Assembly (NCBI RefSeq): GCF_963921235.1
Contig: NC_086108.1
Location: forward strand, 106,518,001-106,582,000
Direction: 5' to 3'
DNA from: Mobula hypostoma
Lineage: Eukaryota
Length of the DNA: 64,000 nucleotides
The notes below the pieces were generated by a model. It was given only the letters and a program-made list of their open reading frames with translations, was not told the origin of the DNA and searched no databases. Position numbers and translations under genes: made by a program. Below, piece after piece: positions 1 through 11,914 of this stretch. The number at the start of each line of letters is the position of its first letter. Positions within the stretch are counted from its first letter, which is position 1.

Positions 1-1100
1 AGCTGGACCACCATTCCTGTCTACCCAGATGGGGATGGCTGGTCCATGATGGTAATGGTTGACCCCATGTCCACCAACGCATAGCATCTGATATCTTCCA
101 CCATGTAGTCCACACCTAAGCCTTGCTCTTCACCGAAACGGCCCATCCAGAGGCGCAACAATGGAGGGATTCTGCTGGAAGTCTTGGGTCGTGCTGCCTG
201 CTCAGCATTTCTCAATGTCTGTGCTGGGCTCTGGCATGGTGTTGGTGTATGGCCTGCCTCGCCACACCAGTAGCAGAGATCGCTCTGTGGCACGCAAAGG
301 GACCAGCACTACCCTGGTCAGACCTGGCTCATGGGCTCCTTCTAATCAGTTTCCTCCTTTGCCGCAGTGACACAAGGCTGGGCTCGTGGTGTGTGTGGGG
401 CAACACTGGATCACCTTGCGGGGGGGTGGGGTCTACAATTGCTTCTGCCCTCTCCACCACTGCCAGCGATGATGGTGATGTCAGGCCCAGGAAGAGTTTG
501 CCTTTCAATGTCAATACCTTTGCAAAGCCATGGAGGGCAAACTCTTTCTCGGCTGAGGGAGAGATCTGGGGGGCTAGCCATGCCAAGCACAGTGGCAGAG
601 AGCTGTTGCAAATGCCGCAGACTTTCTCCCATATGGTGCCGTTTGCTGCCCGGTTCTTCCCTGATTGCCTCCTATAAATGCCTCTGCTCCAGCGCTGCTA
701 TGAGGGCCCCGTGGTTACGCTGCTCAGCCGGCGTTAGATCGAGGAGGGCCCACAAGACTCACCCACCAGCGCCAGGATAATGCGCACCGCTGTGTCGGTG
801 GGGTTCCACCCGTTGTTCCATGTGGCAAGTTTGATTTGCGCAGGTAAGGCTACAGGCAGCTGGGGCCGTTGTATCTGGGGAGCTTCAGGGTGGACCTTCT
901 GGTGTGAATTGGTGAGGCCCTTTGTTCTGCCACGTTGCCCATCCTCCCATGGGGGCAACATCTTGGGTTTCCTGGGTGCGGGCCACAAGGGAGGCGGGCG
1001 ATGCGTGTCGCCTGGGTTGGGGAGCCAGGGTATGCTTGCCTCATCAGGGTTGCTTGGGAAGGCATGAAGCTCAGTTCCCAGGTCCTCCCTCCAGGTCAGC
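1..1100 (-). mobile_element. Gypsy-type LTR retrotransposon gag-protease fragment (decayed, runs off the window start)
   Basis: Minus-strand ORFs give a zinc-knuckle-like CYWCGEAGH, an aspartic-protease-like ALVDMGSTIT (21..293) and gag-like AQIKLATWNNGWNPTDTAVRIILAL (734..988); frameshifted. Confidence 0.75.
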
Positions 1101-1177
1101 TTCCCAGGTTAGGGAGCCCGGCCCAAGGGTGCAGGGGAGGCATACTGCTCAGTCCCTCAGCTTATTCCTCAAGTCTT

Positions 1178-2452
1178 ATAGAAACATAGAAACATAGAAA
1201 CATAGAAAATAGGTGCAGGAGTAGGCCATTCGGCCCTTCGAGCCTGCACCGCCATTTATTATGATCATGGCTGATCATCCAACTCAGAACCCCGCCCCAG
1301 CCTTCCCTCCGTGCCCCCTGACCCCCGTAGCCACAAGGGCCATATCTAACTCCCTCTTAAATATAGCCAATGAACTGGCCTCAACTGTTTCCTGTGGCAG
1401 AGAATTCCACAGATTCACCACTCTCTGTGTGAAGAAGTTTTTCCTAATCTCGTTCCTAAAAGGCTTCCCCTCTATCCTCAAACTGTGACCCCTCGTTCTG
1501 GACTTCCCCAACATCGGGAACAATCTTCCTGCATCTAGCCTGTCCAATCCCTTTAGGATCTTATACGTTTCAATCAGATCCCCCCTCAATCTTCTAAATT
1601 CAAACGAGTACAAGCCCAATTCATCCAGTCTTTCTTCATATGAAAGTCCTGCCATCCCAGGAATCAATCTGGTGAACCTTCTTTGTACTCCCTCTATGGC
1701 AAAGATGTCTTTCCTCAGATTAGGGGACCAAAACTGCACACAATACTCCAGGTGTGGTCTCACCAAGGCCTTGTACAACTGCAGTAGTACCTCCCTGCTC
1801 CTGTACTCGAATCCTCTCGTTATAAATGCCAGCATACCATTCGCCTTTTTCACCGCCTGCTGTACCTGCATGCCCACTTTCAATGACTGGTGTATAATGA
1901 CACCCAGGTCTCGTTGCACCTCCCCTTTTCCTAATCAGCCACCATTCAGATAATAATCTGTTTTCCTATTTTTGCCACCAAAGTGGATAACTTCACATTT
2001 ATCCACATTAAATTGCATCTGCCATGAATTTGCCCACTCACCCAACCTATCCAAGTCACCCTGCATCCTCTTAGCATCCTCCTCACAGCTAACACTGCCA
2101 CCCAGCTTCGTGTCATCCGCAAACTTGGAGATGCTGCATTTAATTCCCTCATCCAAGTCATTAATATATATTGTAAACAACTGGGGTCCCAGCACTGAGC
2201 CTTGCGGTACCCCACTAGTCACCGCCTGCCATTCTGAAAAGGTCCCGTTTATTCCCACTCTTTGCTTCCTGTCTGCTAACCAATTCTCCACCCACACCAA
2301 TGCCTTACCCCCAATATCGTGTGCTTTAAGTTTGCACACTAATCTCCTGTGTGGGACCTTGTCAAAAGCCTTTTGAAAATCCAAATATACCACATCCACT
2401 GGTTCTCCCCTATCCACTCTACTAGTTACATCCTCAAAAAATTCTATGAGAT
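1178..2452 (-). mobile_element. CR1 LINE, 5'-truncated 3' part of ORF2 (RT) with 3' UTR
   Basis: ORFs 1935..2471 (YLDFQKAFDKVPH, SGVPQGSVLGP, KFADD) and 1284..1919 (RPHLEYCVQFWSP); (TAGAAACA)n at 1178-1208 is the reverse complement of a (TTTCTATG)n tail. Confidence 0.95.
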
Positions 2453-2634
2453 TATAGCTCTTTAATCTCACTGTCAGTTTCTAATCCCACTCCTGACTTC
2501 AATATGCCGAGTATTCAGTCCATGATGACAGACGAGAGAAGCTTGTTCAACTCAGTTACCGGTTTTATTTTGGCAAGAACAAAAACAGGTCGGGCGCTAT
2601 GACCCAGGGAGAGAGCTCAGTCAGGGTGTATGGA

Positions 2635-3065
2635 GAGTAAAATACGGAGATTAAGCTGTTGCCCGTGTAGCAAGCTCCTCCTCTCCATCAGCTGATAATC
2701 CAAAGGAACGGCAGAGACCGATACAGTTTGGCACCAGGAGCATCGCAGGAGTTGTCAGTCAGCATCGCACTCAATGTAGGACCACCTCAGGGACTCCAGC
2801 TCATGATTTTTCCTCGGGGTTTACTCCCAAAGCCTTCCCCACGAGCGGGTATAGCCGCAAGGCAGTGGAGCTTCGAGATCAGGGTTTTCCTTCTATCAGA
2901 TCAGCTCCCAATCACGGCTGATGAGCCCCATCTTCCTGAAGTGACGGGTTTTAAGGCACCAATAATCTGCCTTTGCCACCTCTCCTGTTGGTAAAAACTG
3001 TTCTGCCGGGCTCAGTAGTTAAGCCACAAGCGAAAGCCAGGAGCTGGATTTGGTTATCGGAGGTT
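2635..3065 (-). mobile_element. RTE-clade LINE 5' UTR-like fragment
   Basis: Reverse complement reads GGGGCTCATCAGCC...GATCTGATAGAAGGAAAACCCTGA, resembling the motif I recognise from RTE 5' UTRs; no ORF2. Confidence 0.5.
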
Positions 3066-3441
3066 ATTTATATATAATAAATAGTGCAAAGAAAGAGCAA
3101 AAAAATAGTGAGGTAGTGTTCATGAGCTGGTGTTTGTGAGGTAGTAGTCTTCAAGAGATGCCTGCCCTGAAGAAGTATACATCTTCCCTTTGACAGGAGT
3201 TCAGTGAGACCCTCTCTCACTGCTCCCCTTCTGTGATCTCTGCTGCAATCCAGCTCTTCAACCATGTGCTCACCCAGACCTGTTACCATAGGTACATGTC
3301 CTTCCTAGAAACCTATCTGAGAGGGTAAGAAACTGTTCCTAAAACATTGAGTGTGTGTTTTCAGGCTCTTGCACCTCCTTCTTGATGGTAGCAATGAGAA
3401 GATTGCATGTCCTGGGTGTTGGGGATCCTTAGTTTGGATGT

Positions 3442-3640
3442 TGTGAAGTTTGGATCTATTTCTTTTAAAACAATGACACCACCCCCCACCCCGCATGCTA
3501 ACACTACGTATTGATCTGTTGCCTACACGTGTGCATTGTTCTCGCTCTCTCCCTTGCTGCAATGTGAATATATCAGTTAAAGACATCCCCCACATGCATG
3601 CCTTTATTTAGTTGATATGTTGTTGTGCACAGACACAACA
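3442..3640 (+). repeat. 5' LTR of the Gypsy element
   Basis: Starts TGTGAAG, ends CAGACACAACA; aligns with 8058-8244. Confidence 0.9.
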
Positions 3641-4535
3641 AATTGGCGATGAGTATGAACCCAAATGTCAGAAAATATCACGAACCGCACCAACAGTTAC
3701 GGACAAAACAACGAGAGTTAAACAGCACGAGCAGGCTGTCATGGACATTAACAAAGGAACGCGTGAGTAACAGTGAAAGAGGCACTGAATCTAAAGTGAT
3801 AGTAACATGCCAATGGCTTCAGTTGGGAAAGAGGATGAATTTGATATCACTCATGAAAGATGGGAGTCATATATTGAGAGGATGGAACTGCCTTGTAATG
3901 CAAACAATATTCAGGAGGGAAAGAAAGCCCCTACACTTCTTAGTTCAATGGGTGCAAGAAAGTAGTCTCCTATGCAATTTAGTAATGGTACAAAGCCAGC
4001 AAGCAAAATTGTTACAATTTTACAAATTCACTTGAGCCCTAACCCACTGGTAATAGCTGAGAGATTAAGATTTTACAAAAGGAAATAGCCAAAAGATGAA
4101 AGCCTTTCTGAATACATTGCAGAACTGCAGAAACTTTCTCAGTACTGTTACTTTAGAGTTGGATTCTTTGATGAAGTAAGGGACAGGCTTGTAGGTGGCA
4201 TGCACAGTCAAAGTACTCAAATGTGGTTACCATCCGAAAGAAACCTAACCTTAGAACAGGCATTGACCATTTTAATATCATTAGAGACTGCATCAAAGGA
4301 TGCAGCTGTACTACAGAAAAGGAGGTTAGAATGGGAGATGCACAAAATGTCCCTGAATCAAGCAAATAAACAAAGATTTTATTGATGTGCCAAATCCTCC
4401 CGTGATGCAAATGACTGTTGTTCAAAACAAAAGTCTGCAGAAAGTATCACAGATAGGGTCACATGGAGTGAATGTGCAGGGCAGCCAAAAAGCAAAGCCG
4501 GGTGAAAAGTCTCAAACACAAAACTAAGCAAATGC

Positions 4536-4666
4536 AAACAAGAGAAAATCTGCAGATGCTGGAAATCTGAGCAGCACACACAAAATGCTGGAGCAACTCA
4601 GCAGGACAGCAGCATCAGTGGAAAAGAGTACAGTCAACGATTCGAGCCGAAACTCCTCGGCAAGAC
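4536..4666 (-). mobile_element. Short Penelope-derived terminal repeat inserted in Gypsy gag
   Basis: AAATCTGCAGATGCTGGAAAT...CACACAAAATGCTGGAG...GTACAGTC matches the ends of the Penelope element at 52246-53148. Confidence 0.75.
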
Positions 4667-7653
4667 TAATAAAGTTACCAAATGTAAAACAGAATCAGAT
4701 AGCATAGAAACTGAAAAATGTGAACTATCATTCCTAGAACTGCATAGTATAAAGGAAAGAGACCATAAAATCATCTGGATCACCTTAGATGTGTCCAGTG
4801 TAAGACTAAGAATGGAGCTGGATACAGGGTCAACTTTGTCCACAATTCAAGAGGCTGACTACAACAGACTGTTTTCAAAGATACCATTAGAGAAGACCTT
4901 AGTGATGTTAAAGAATTGAAAAAGTGTCTCCCAAAGGCAAACTGAAAGTAAATATGATGTACTAAAGCCAAACATAACAGTTAGAGCTTTACGTATTGAA
5001 AAGTGGTGGGCAGCACTTTTTTTTGTGAGTGGTTGAGAAAAATCCAATTAGGATGGCACTCTATCAAAGCTCTCAGTGTGACATCTACAAGCAATGGTAG
5101 CACTAACCAGAGACTGCCACAGCTTCTTAATGCTAATGAGAAGAAGTTTGAGAAGGGGATTGATAATCTCAAAGGCATGAAAGCCAGAATTTAACTGGAT
5201 GAAACAGCAACACCGAGATACCATAAAGCACGTCCAGTGCCTTATGCACTATGTCGTAAAGAGGCTGCTGAACTTCAGAACTTGGAGGGGTCTGGAATTC
5301 TCTCCAAGGTTGAGTAGAGCAATTGGACCATGCCCATTGTCCCGGTGATCAAGAAAGGGAAGGCCATAGTCGTTTGCCTATGTGGGGATTTCAAGGTGAG
5401 CATCAACCTGGTACTACTTAATGTGCAGTATACCACAAGTAGAAGACATTTTTGCATCTTTGGCAGGTGATGAGAGGTTTTCAAAGATTGACTTGTCACA
5501 AGCCTATCTGCAAATGGAGATTGAGGAGTCAAGCAGGAAATTCCTCACAAGGGACTGTTCCAGTATAATCGTCTCATCTTTGGCATCAGCTCCAGCAATT
5601 TGACAAAGAGCAATGAACCAGGTCCTCCAAGATATACCAGGAACACAATGTTACCTTGACGACATCATCGTACTAGCAAAAATGATGAAGAGCACCTCCC
5701 AAACCTTGGTAAAGTGCTTACCAGGCTGAGTGAGTATGGTCTGTGCAAAAAGAGAGAGAAATGCGAGTTTTTCAAGAATAAAATCTCATATTGTGGACAT
5801 TGACAAGCATAACTTACCTAATTCACTAGAGAATATTGAGGCAGTGCTACAGGCACCAAAACCAGAAAATGTGTCACAATGCAGGACATACTTGGGCCTT
5901 GTAAACTACTACCACCGGTTTCTCCCAAACATTGCTACAATGATGTTTCAATTGAATGCACTGGAACAAGGAGACTAATAACATCGGACGAACTGCTCAC
6001 AGTTTATAACCCGTCCCAGTCCATCAAACTGGTGTGCGATGTGTCCTCTTATGGCATATTTTGTCACGCATTATGAAAGATGGATCTGAACATCCGATTG
6101 TGTTTGCTTCAAGATCACCGATGAGCACAGAATGCTACCACACACAGATTGACTGAAAGGCTCTTAGTCTAATATGGAAAATAAAGAAGTTTCACCACTA
6201 CCGCTATGGACAAAAGTTTAGGCTAGTGACAGATCACCAGCCTGTCGTATCCATTTTCAATCCCAGGACGCGATTTCCAGTGATGACTGTTACCAGTTAC
6301 AATGTTGGGCACTACTTCCTAGGAGCCCACTCTTATGATGTAGAGTTCAAGGGTACCAGACAACACAGCAACGCTGATGGCTTGCCACGTCTTCCACTAT
6401 TGGCAACTAAAGAAGAAAAGTCTTCATAATGTGATCCAACAGAAGTGTTCCACACCCCATTGGTGGATCAGTTGTCAGTAACAAATTCCAAAATACAAAG
6501 GAAAACAAGGAATGACCCAACATTGTCAAAAGTCCATGAAGTCACAATGAAAGGACGGCCAGGTCATGGTTCCAGAGTTCTCAGTGAGATGAGACCATCT
6601 GTTGATATGTCAAAGAACGCTGATGTGTGGATCTCATGTTGTGGTTCTCGCTAAACTCTGCACCAGATTGTTAAAAAATCAGCAAGAAGGACATCTAGGT
6701 ACAGTCAAGATGAAAAGTCTTACCTGGAGCTATGTGTGTGGCCAAGAATAGACAAACAGATTGAAGACTTGGACAAAAGCTGTTTGGGATGCCAAAAAAG
6801 TTCAAAATGCACCCCCACAGTCACCGTTACAACCTTGGAAGTGGCCTTCTTCACCATGGCAAAAAGTAGAAATTGACTTTGCTGGAATTCATATTTCTTA
6901 TTGCTGTGGACGCTCATTTGAAGCAGCCAGAGGTTATATCAGTGAAGTCAACCACCTCAGCAAAGACTGTGTCTGCCCTGAGGACCATCTTCACCCCAGA
7001 AACGGCTTACCAAAACAAAGTGTGAGTGACAACAAACCACAGTACACGTCAGAAAAATTCCCACTGTTTGAGAAGAAAAATGGCATCAGACATTTCAAGT
7101 CAGCTCCTCACCATCCAGAAACAAATGAGTTAGCTGAAAGGTTTATTCAAACCTTCAAGAAGCCCATTAAGCGATGGACAAGGAGGGCATTTCTGTATAG
7201 CACAAGGTGGACAACTTCCTTTCTGCGTATTGAAACTCTGTTCATGCGACAACAAATCAACTACTAGGACCTCAATGCTGTTCATGAACAGGAATCTGAT
7301 ATCTCGCATAGACCTCCTGAAACCAGATTTACAGAGGAAAGTGCAAAATAAACACTTCAGCCAGTTGTCAAGTGACGCAGCAAGGAGCTTCAAGACTGGA
7401 CAGTAAGTCCTAGCATGTGATCACTGAGAAGACAAGTGGGATAGCTACGAGAGCTAGACCACTGATATACACAGTGGATGTTGGACATCAGACATGGAGA
7501 TGTCTTGTGGACCAGATACTGGATGCTCAAACGAAGGACACTCCTGAGTCGATTGCATCCAACAAGACAGGCACACTACAGTCACCAGACTTACCTCTCA
7601 GTGATGATATCACTGACATCAACGTGCCACGGGAAGCCGAGATTGTTGTCTTA

Positions 7654-7896
7654 GACAAGACACCTACCAAACCCGATGCCACTCCGCAGGTCGAGAGGCG
7701 TGATGAGAACGTTATCGATGACAAGACACTTGCCAAACCTGATGTTACTCCACAGGTCCAGAGGCATGAGGAGAATGTTATCACTGACAAGACATTTGCC
7801 AAACCTGATGTTACTCCACAGGTCCAGAGGCATGAGGAGAATGTTATCATTGACAAGACATTTGCCAAACCTGATGTTACTCCACAGGTCCAGAGG
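7654..7896 (+). repeat. 66-bp tandem repeat (~3.7 copies) in the integrase C-terminal tail
   Basis: GACAAGAC recurs at 7654, 7720, 7786 and 7852; encodes the 22-aa unit DKTFAKPDVTPQVQRHEENVIT. Confidence 0.92.
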
Positions 7897-8057
7897 TGCT
7901 ATCCTGAAAGAAACAGAGTGCCACCCAAAAGAACTGTGAAGTTAGTTATGGACTGTTATTGTGAAAGCATGTTTATTTGGAATATGGGTATATGAAAGGG
8001 AAATTGAATGTTTTGTACGTATACAGTTGTATGTTGCGTTAATCTAAAGGGAAGAAG

Positions 8058-8244
8058 TGTAATGTGTAGATCTATTTCTTTTAGAGCAATAGCCCCCCCC
8101 CCTTAACGCTACATATTGATCTGTTGTCTGCATTGTTCTCTTGCACTCTCTCTCTCTCTCTGTGCAATGTGAATGCACCGGTTAAAGCCATCTTCCGTGG
8201 GTGTGCCTTTATTTAATTGATATGTAGTTGTGACAGACACAACA
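8058..8244 (+). repeat. 3' LTR of the Gypsy element
   Basis: Follows the PPT, starts TGTAATG, ends GACACAACA, followed by TSD GATGT. Confidence 0.9.
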
Positions 8245-8697
8245 GATGTCACCTTTTTGAGCCATCACCTTTTGAAGATGTCCTTGATGAGATTTTGTGA
8301 TGGTTTTACTTCAGCTTAACTCCAGAAAATAGCTCTTTTTTCATGTAAAATCAATTTCCCAGCAAATAGCCATTTATTGTAGGTATTGGTGTAAGCAAGT
8401 TTAAATGATTGTGCTTCGAAATAATTAGAGCTCAGCAGTCCTTATGAAAATCACAAGTCAACTGCTGTACTTAAATGTGAACTTGGTGTTTGTGTCAGTA
8501 TTTACAATTTAAAGTCTTTGGAAAGCCAATTTATTTTGTTTCTGCCTTCGCTGTTATCGAAATAAAATCATTACTTATCCACTTTGTTGTTGATTTTGTA
8601 TAATCGACGTTCTGACAGCATCAATTAATAAACTACTGGTACTTATAGTGTGCCTTTATGTAACAATAACTCCTTCCCCAGAAGAGATCACATAAGT

Positions 8698-9035
8698 ACA
8701 AGAGGTTCTGCAGATGCTGGAGGAAATCAGCAGGTCAAGCTGCATCCAGGGGGTGGATTAAAAAGTCGTTGTTTTGGATCAAGGCCCTTCATTGGGACTA
8801 GAAAAGAAGTGGGGAGAAACTAGGAGAAGAACAAACTGGAAGGTGATAGGTGAGGCAAGCTGAGGGAGAAGGTGGGTGCATGGGGGAGAATGATGTAAGT
8901 AGCTGGGAGATGATTGGTGGAAAAGATTACGGACTGAAGAAGAGGAAATCTGATAGGAGAGGAGAGTGGACCATGGGAGAAAGAGAAGGGGCAGGTGATG
9001 AGGAAAAGGGGTAAGAGGAGCCAGAATGGGGAACA
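8698..9035 (-). mobile_element. Penelope-like pseudo-LTR/3' UTR fragment
   Basis: CTGCAGATGCTGG end, decayed hammerhead-like segment (~8764-8800) and purine-rich tract matching 52246-52528. Confidence 0.7.
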
Positions 9036-9063
9036 TAAAAGGATATAGATACAGAAATCCAAT

Positions 9064-9745
9064 TTAGATTAAATTAGATTGTGAGAACACTCAGTCCTCC
9101 TTTATTATCATTTAGAAATGCATACATGTATTAAGAAATGATACAATATTCCTCCAGAGTGATATCACTGAAAACAGGACAAACCAAAGACTAACACTGA
9201 CAGAACCACATAATTATAACATATAGTTACAGCAGTGCAAAACAGTATCATAATTTGATAAAAAAAACAGACCATGGGCACGGTAAAAAAAGTCTCAAGT
9301 CCCGATCGACTCCCGAGTCCCCGACAGCAGGCGGCAAAAGGGAGAAACTCCCTGCCATAAACCTCCAAGGCACCGACAACTGCCGATGCCTTGGAAGCAC
9401 CCGACACCGAGTCCATCCATCCGAAAACTTCGAGCCTCCGACCAGCCCCACCAATACAGCCTCCCGAGCGCCAACCTCTGCCGAGCGCCTTCGACCTAGT
9501 CCCGGCCTCCGAAACAAGCAAAGCCAAGGATTCGGGGCCTTCTGCACCGGAGATTCCGGTTACCACACAGTAGCAGCGACAGCGAAGCGGGCATTTCAGG
9601 AGTTTCTCCAGATGTTCCTCCATACCCTCACATCTGTCTCTATCAAATCAGAATTGTGCATGGTTTCCTACTTGACAGATTACAGATATCATTCACCGGA
9701 GAGGCCACGCGCACTGCCATCACGCCGCCATCTTCTCCTCCTCCT
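9064..9745 (-). mobile_element. ~650-bp non-tRNA SINE-like element, copy 1
   Basis: Aligns with 18623-19236, 20411-21090 and 24336-25014; minus-strand 5' GGAGAAGATGGCGGCG, 3' ATAATAAAAGG...(TAATC)n-like tail. Confidence 0.85.
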
Positions 9746-10060
9746 CTTTTATTATATTAGCTATTTGGCGGGACTGCTCTTATCCATAGTTCATAGGGAG
9801 AGAGAACTTGTTACAGAGAGGAAAGATGCATGATGTTGAGAGGAAGGGTCAAGTCTCACCATAACAGATGTGGAATGTAAAGTCAAACCCATGTTCAGTG
9901 AGTCCTGGGGTTGATACCCCAAGGTCAGTGAAGTCCAGAGAGCAAAGCCAAAGGTCAAAGTGCGGCAAGCTTGAAGGTAGATGCCTGAAGGTTAAGGATT
10001 CAAGTCATGAAAAGGCCCAATGTTTGCGAGTCCAGAAGTCCAAGGCCAAAGACTGGAGGA

Positions 10061-10400
10061 CCAGAGGTGTTTTGTCCTGAGGCTGGAGGCCCAGAGGTAA
10101 CCTGTTCTGGTGTTGGAGGCACAGAGGCAGCCCGTCCTGGGGTTTGAGACCCAGAGGTGACCCATTCTGGTGTTGGAGGCCCAGAGGTGGACTCTTCTGG
10201 GTTTAGAAGCCCAGAGGTGACCCTTTCTGGTGGTGGAGGCCCAGAGGTAGCCCGTCCTGGGGTTTGAGATCCAGAGGTGAACCATTCTGGTGTTGGTGGC
10301 CCAGAGGCAGCCCGTCCTGAGGTTTGAGGCCCAGAGGTGACCCCTTCTGGTGTTGGAGGCCCAGAGGTGGACTCTTCTGGGATTGGAAGCCCAGAGGTGG
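10061..10400 (+). repeat. 30-bp minisatellite, ~11 units
   Basis: CCAGAGG (one unit ACAGAGG) recurs exactly every 30 nt from 10061 to 10391. Confidence 0.92.
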
Positions 10401-10489
10401 CTTGGGCTGGAGACAGGGGAATCTAATAGGAGAGGACAGAAGGCTACAGGGCTAGAGATGGGGGAATCTAATAGGAGAGAACAGGAAAG

Positions 10490-10912
10490 TCTGATGGCAT
10501 GAACGCTGATTTCTCAAAATTCCTGTAATGTAGTCCCCACCTCTACTTCACTAATTTCCATCCCCTTTTCCCTCTGTCACCTTATCTCTTTGCCTGCCCA
10601 TCGCCTCTCTTTGGTGCTCCTCACCCCTTTTCTTTCTTCCATGGCCTTTTGACCTCTCCTATTAGATTCCCCCTTCTCCAGCCTTGTATCTCTTTCACCA
10701 ATTAATTTCCCAGCTCTTTAGTTCATCCCTCCCCCTCCTGGTTTAAACTATCACTTGGTGTTTCTCTCTCCCCTTCCCCACCTTTTAAATCAACTCCTCA
10801 TCTTTTTTCCTCTCCATTCCTGCTGAAGATCTTGGCCTGAAACATTGACTGTACTCTTTTCCACAAATGCTGCCTGTTTTGCTGAGCTCCTCCAGCACTT
10901 TGTGCGTGTTGG
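10490..10912 (+). mobile_element. Penelope-like 3' UTR/pseudo-LTR with decayed hammerhead motif
   Basis: Begins with CTGATGGCATGAAC (end of GIY-YIG ORF), pyrimidine tract, CCTGCTGAAG...TGAAACATTGACTGTACT at 10819-10856. Confidence 0.75.
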
Positions 10913-10917
10913 TTGAA

Positions 10918-11745
10918 CAAATACTCTCTGTCCGCTCTATCTATGCCTCTCACAATCCTGCAAACTTCTATCAGATCTCCCCTCAGCCTCCGGAGCTCCA
11001 GAGAAAACAATCCAAGTTTATCCAGCCTCTCATGATGGCACATGCCCTCTAAACTAGGCAGCATCCTGGCAAACCTCTTCTGTACCCTCTCCAAAGCCTC
11101 AACATCCTTCCCATAGTGAGGTGACCAGAAATGTACTCAATACTCCAGAACTGGCCTAACCAGAGTTTTATAAAGTTCCTGACTTCTGAACTCAATACCT
11201 CAACTAATGAAAGCAAACATTCCATGAGCCTTAACCAGCTTATCAACCTGTGTAGCTGCTTTCAAAGAGCAATCATCTTGGATCCCAAGATCACTCTGCT
11301 CAGGACCTTGATCTTAATAGGGTACTGTCTCCTTGCATTCGCCCTACCAAGGTGCAAAACTTCACATTTATCTGGGTTAGCTCCATCTGCCATTCCTCAG
11401 CCCATATCTGCAATTAGTCTATATCGTGCTGTATTTTTTGCCAATCTTCCTGACTATCCACAATTCCTCCAATCTTGGTATCATCCCACCCATCGACATT
11501 TTCATCCAGGTCATTTATATGTATCGCAGACAGCAGAGGTCCAAGTACAGATCCCTACGGAACTCCACCAAATATAGACCTCCAGCTTGAGTAAGTCCCT
11601 TCAACCACTACTCTCTGTCTTCTATGTGTAAGCAAGTTCTAAATCCAAACAGCCAGTTCACCACTGAACCAAGCATCTTAATCTTCTGGATTAGCCTCCC
11701 ATGAGGGACTTGGTCAAACGCCTAACTAAAATCCATGTAGTCAAC
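10918..11745 (-). mobile_element. CR1 LINE ORF2 fragment (old)
   Basis: ORF 10798..11094 ERVQKRFARMLP...LELRRLRGDLIEV. Confidence 0.85.
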
Positions 11746-11914
11746 ACTTTGGTCAGCAAGGAGGAATTTAGCCAAATTGCCTACATCCTTGCTGCACAAG
11801 TCTATGACACTGTTAAAACAGATGATCTGACTACAAACACCTTGTTATAGTGGGAGTTTATTCTGCACTCTGTGTATTTCCAACTTTACAACAATGACTC
11901 ACTCTTAAAAGTAA

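Larger units (their letters stand above)
3812..7995 (+). pseudogene. Gypsy gag-pol, many stops and frameshifts
   Basis: Gag MASVGKEDEFD..WESYIER (~3812); protease MELDTGST (~4812); RT FSKIDLSQAYLQ and YLDDII (~5480-5670); RNase H TDHQP (~6230); integrase SDN.PQY and SAPHHPETNELAERF (~7020-7150). Confidence 0.88.
3442..8244 (+). mobile_element. Full-length but decayed Gypsy (Mag/K02A2.6-like) LTR retrotransposon
   Basis: TG...CA LTRs at 3442-3640 and 8058-8244; 5-bp TSD GATGT at 3437-3441 and 8245-8249; PBS-like TGGCGATGAG at 3644-3653; PPT AAAGGGAAGAAG at 8046-8057; gag-PR-RT-RH-IN order. Inserted into a Rex1-type 3' fragment that resumes after 8249. Confidence 0.93.

Noticed and set aside
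123..1197. Long plus-strand ORFs here and similar antisense ORFs over LINEs elsewhere
   Set aside because: Shadows of retroelement coding sequence on the opposite strand, many with non-ATG starts.
3137..3147. TGAGGTAGTAG, identical to the first 11 nt of let-7
   Set aside because: The match stops at 11 nt, I see no complementary arm for a precursor, and a similar word occurs 28 nt upstream in a LINE 3' UTR.
10061..10400. Regularly spaced repeats resembling a CRISPR array (also 7654-7896)
   Set aside because: Head-to-tail tandem units with no unique spacers, no cas genes, and vertebrate context.
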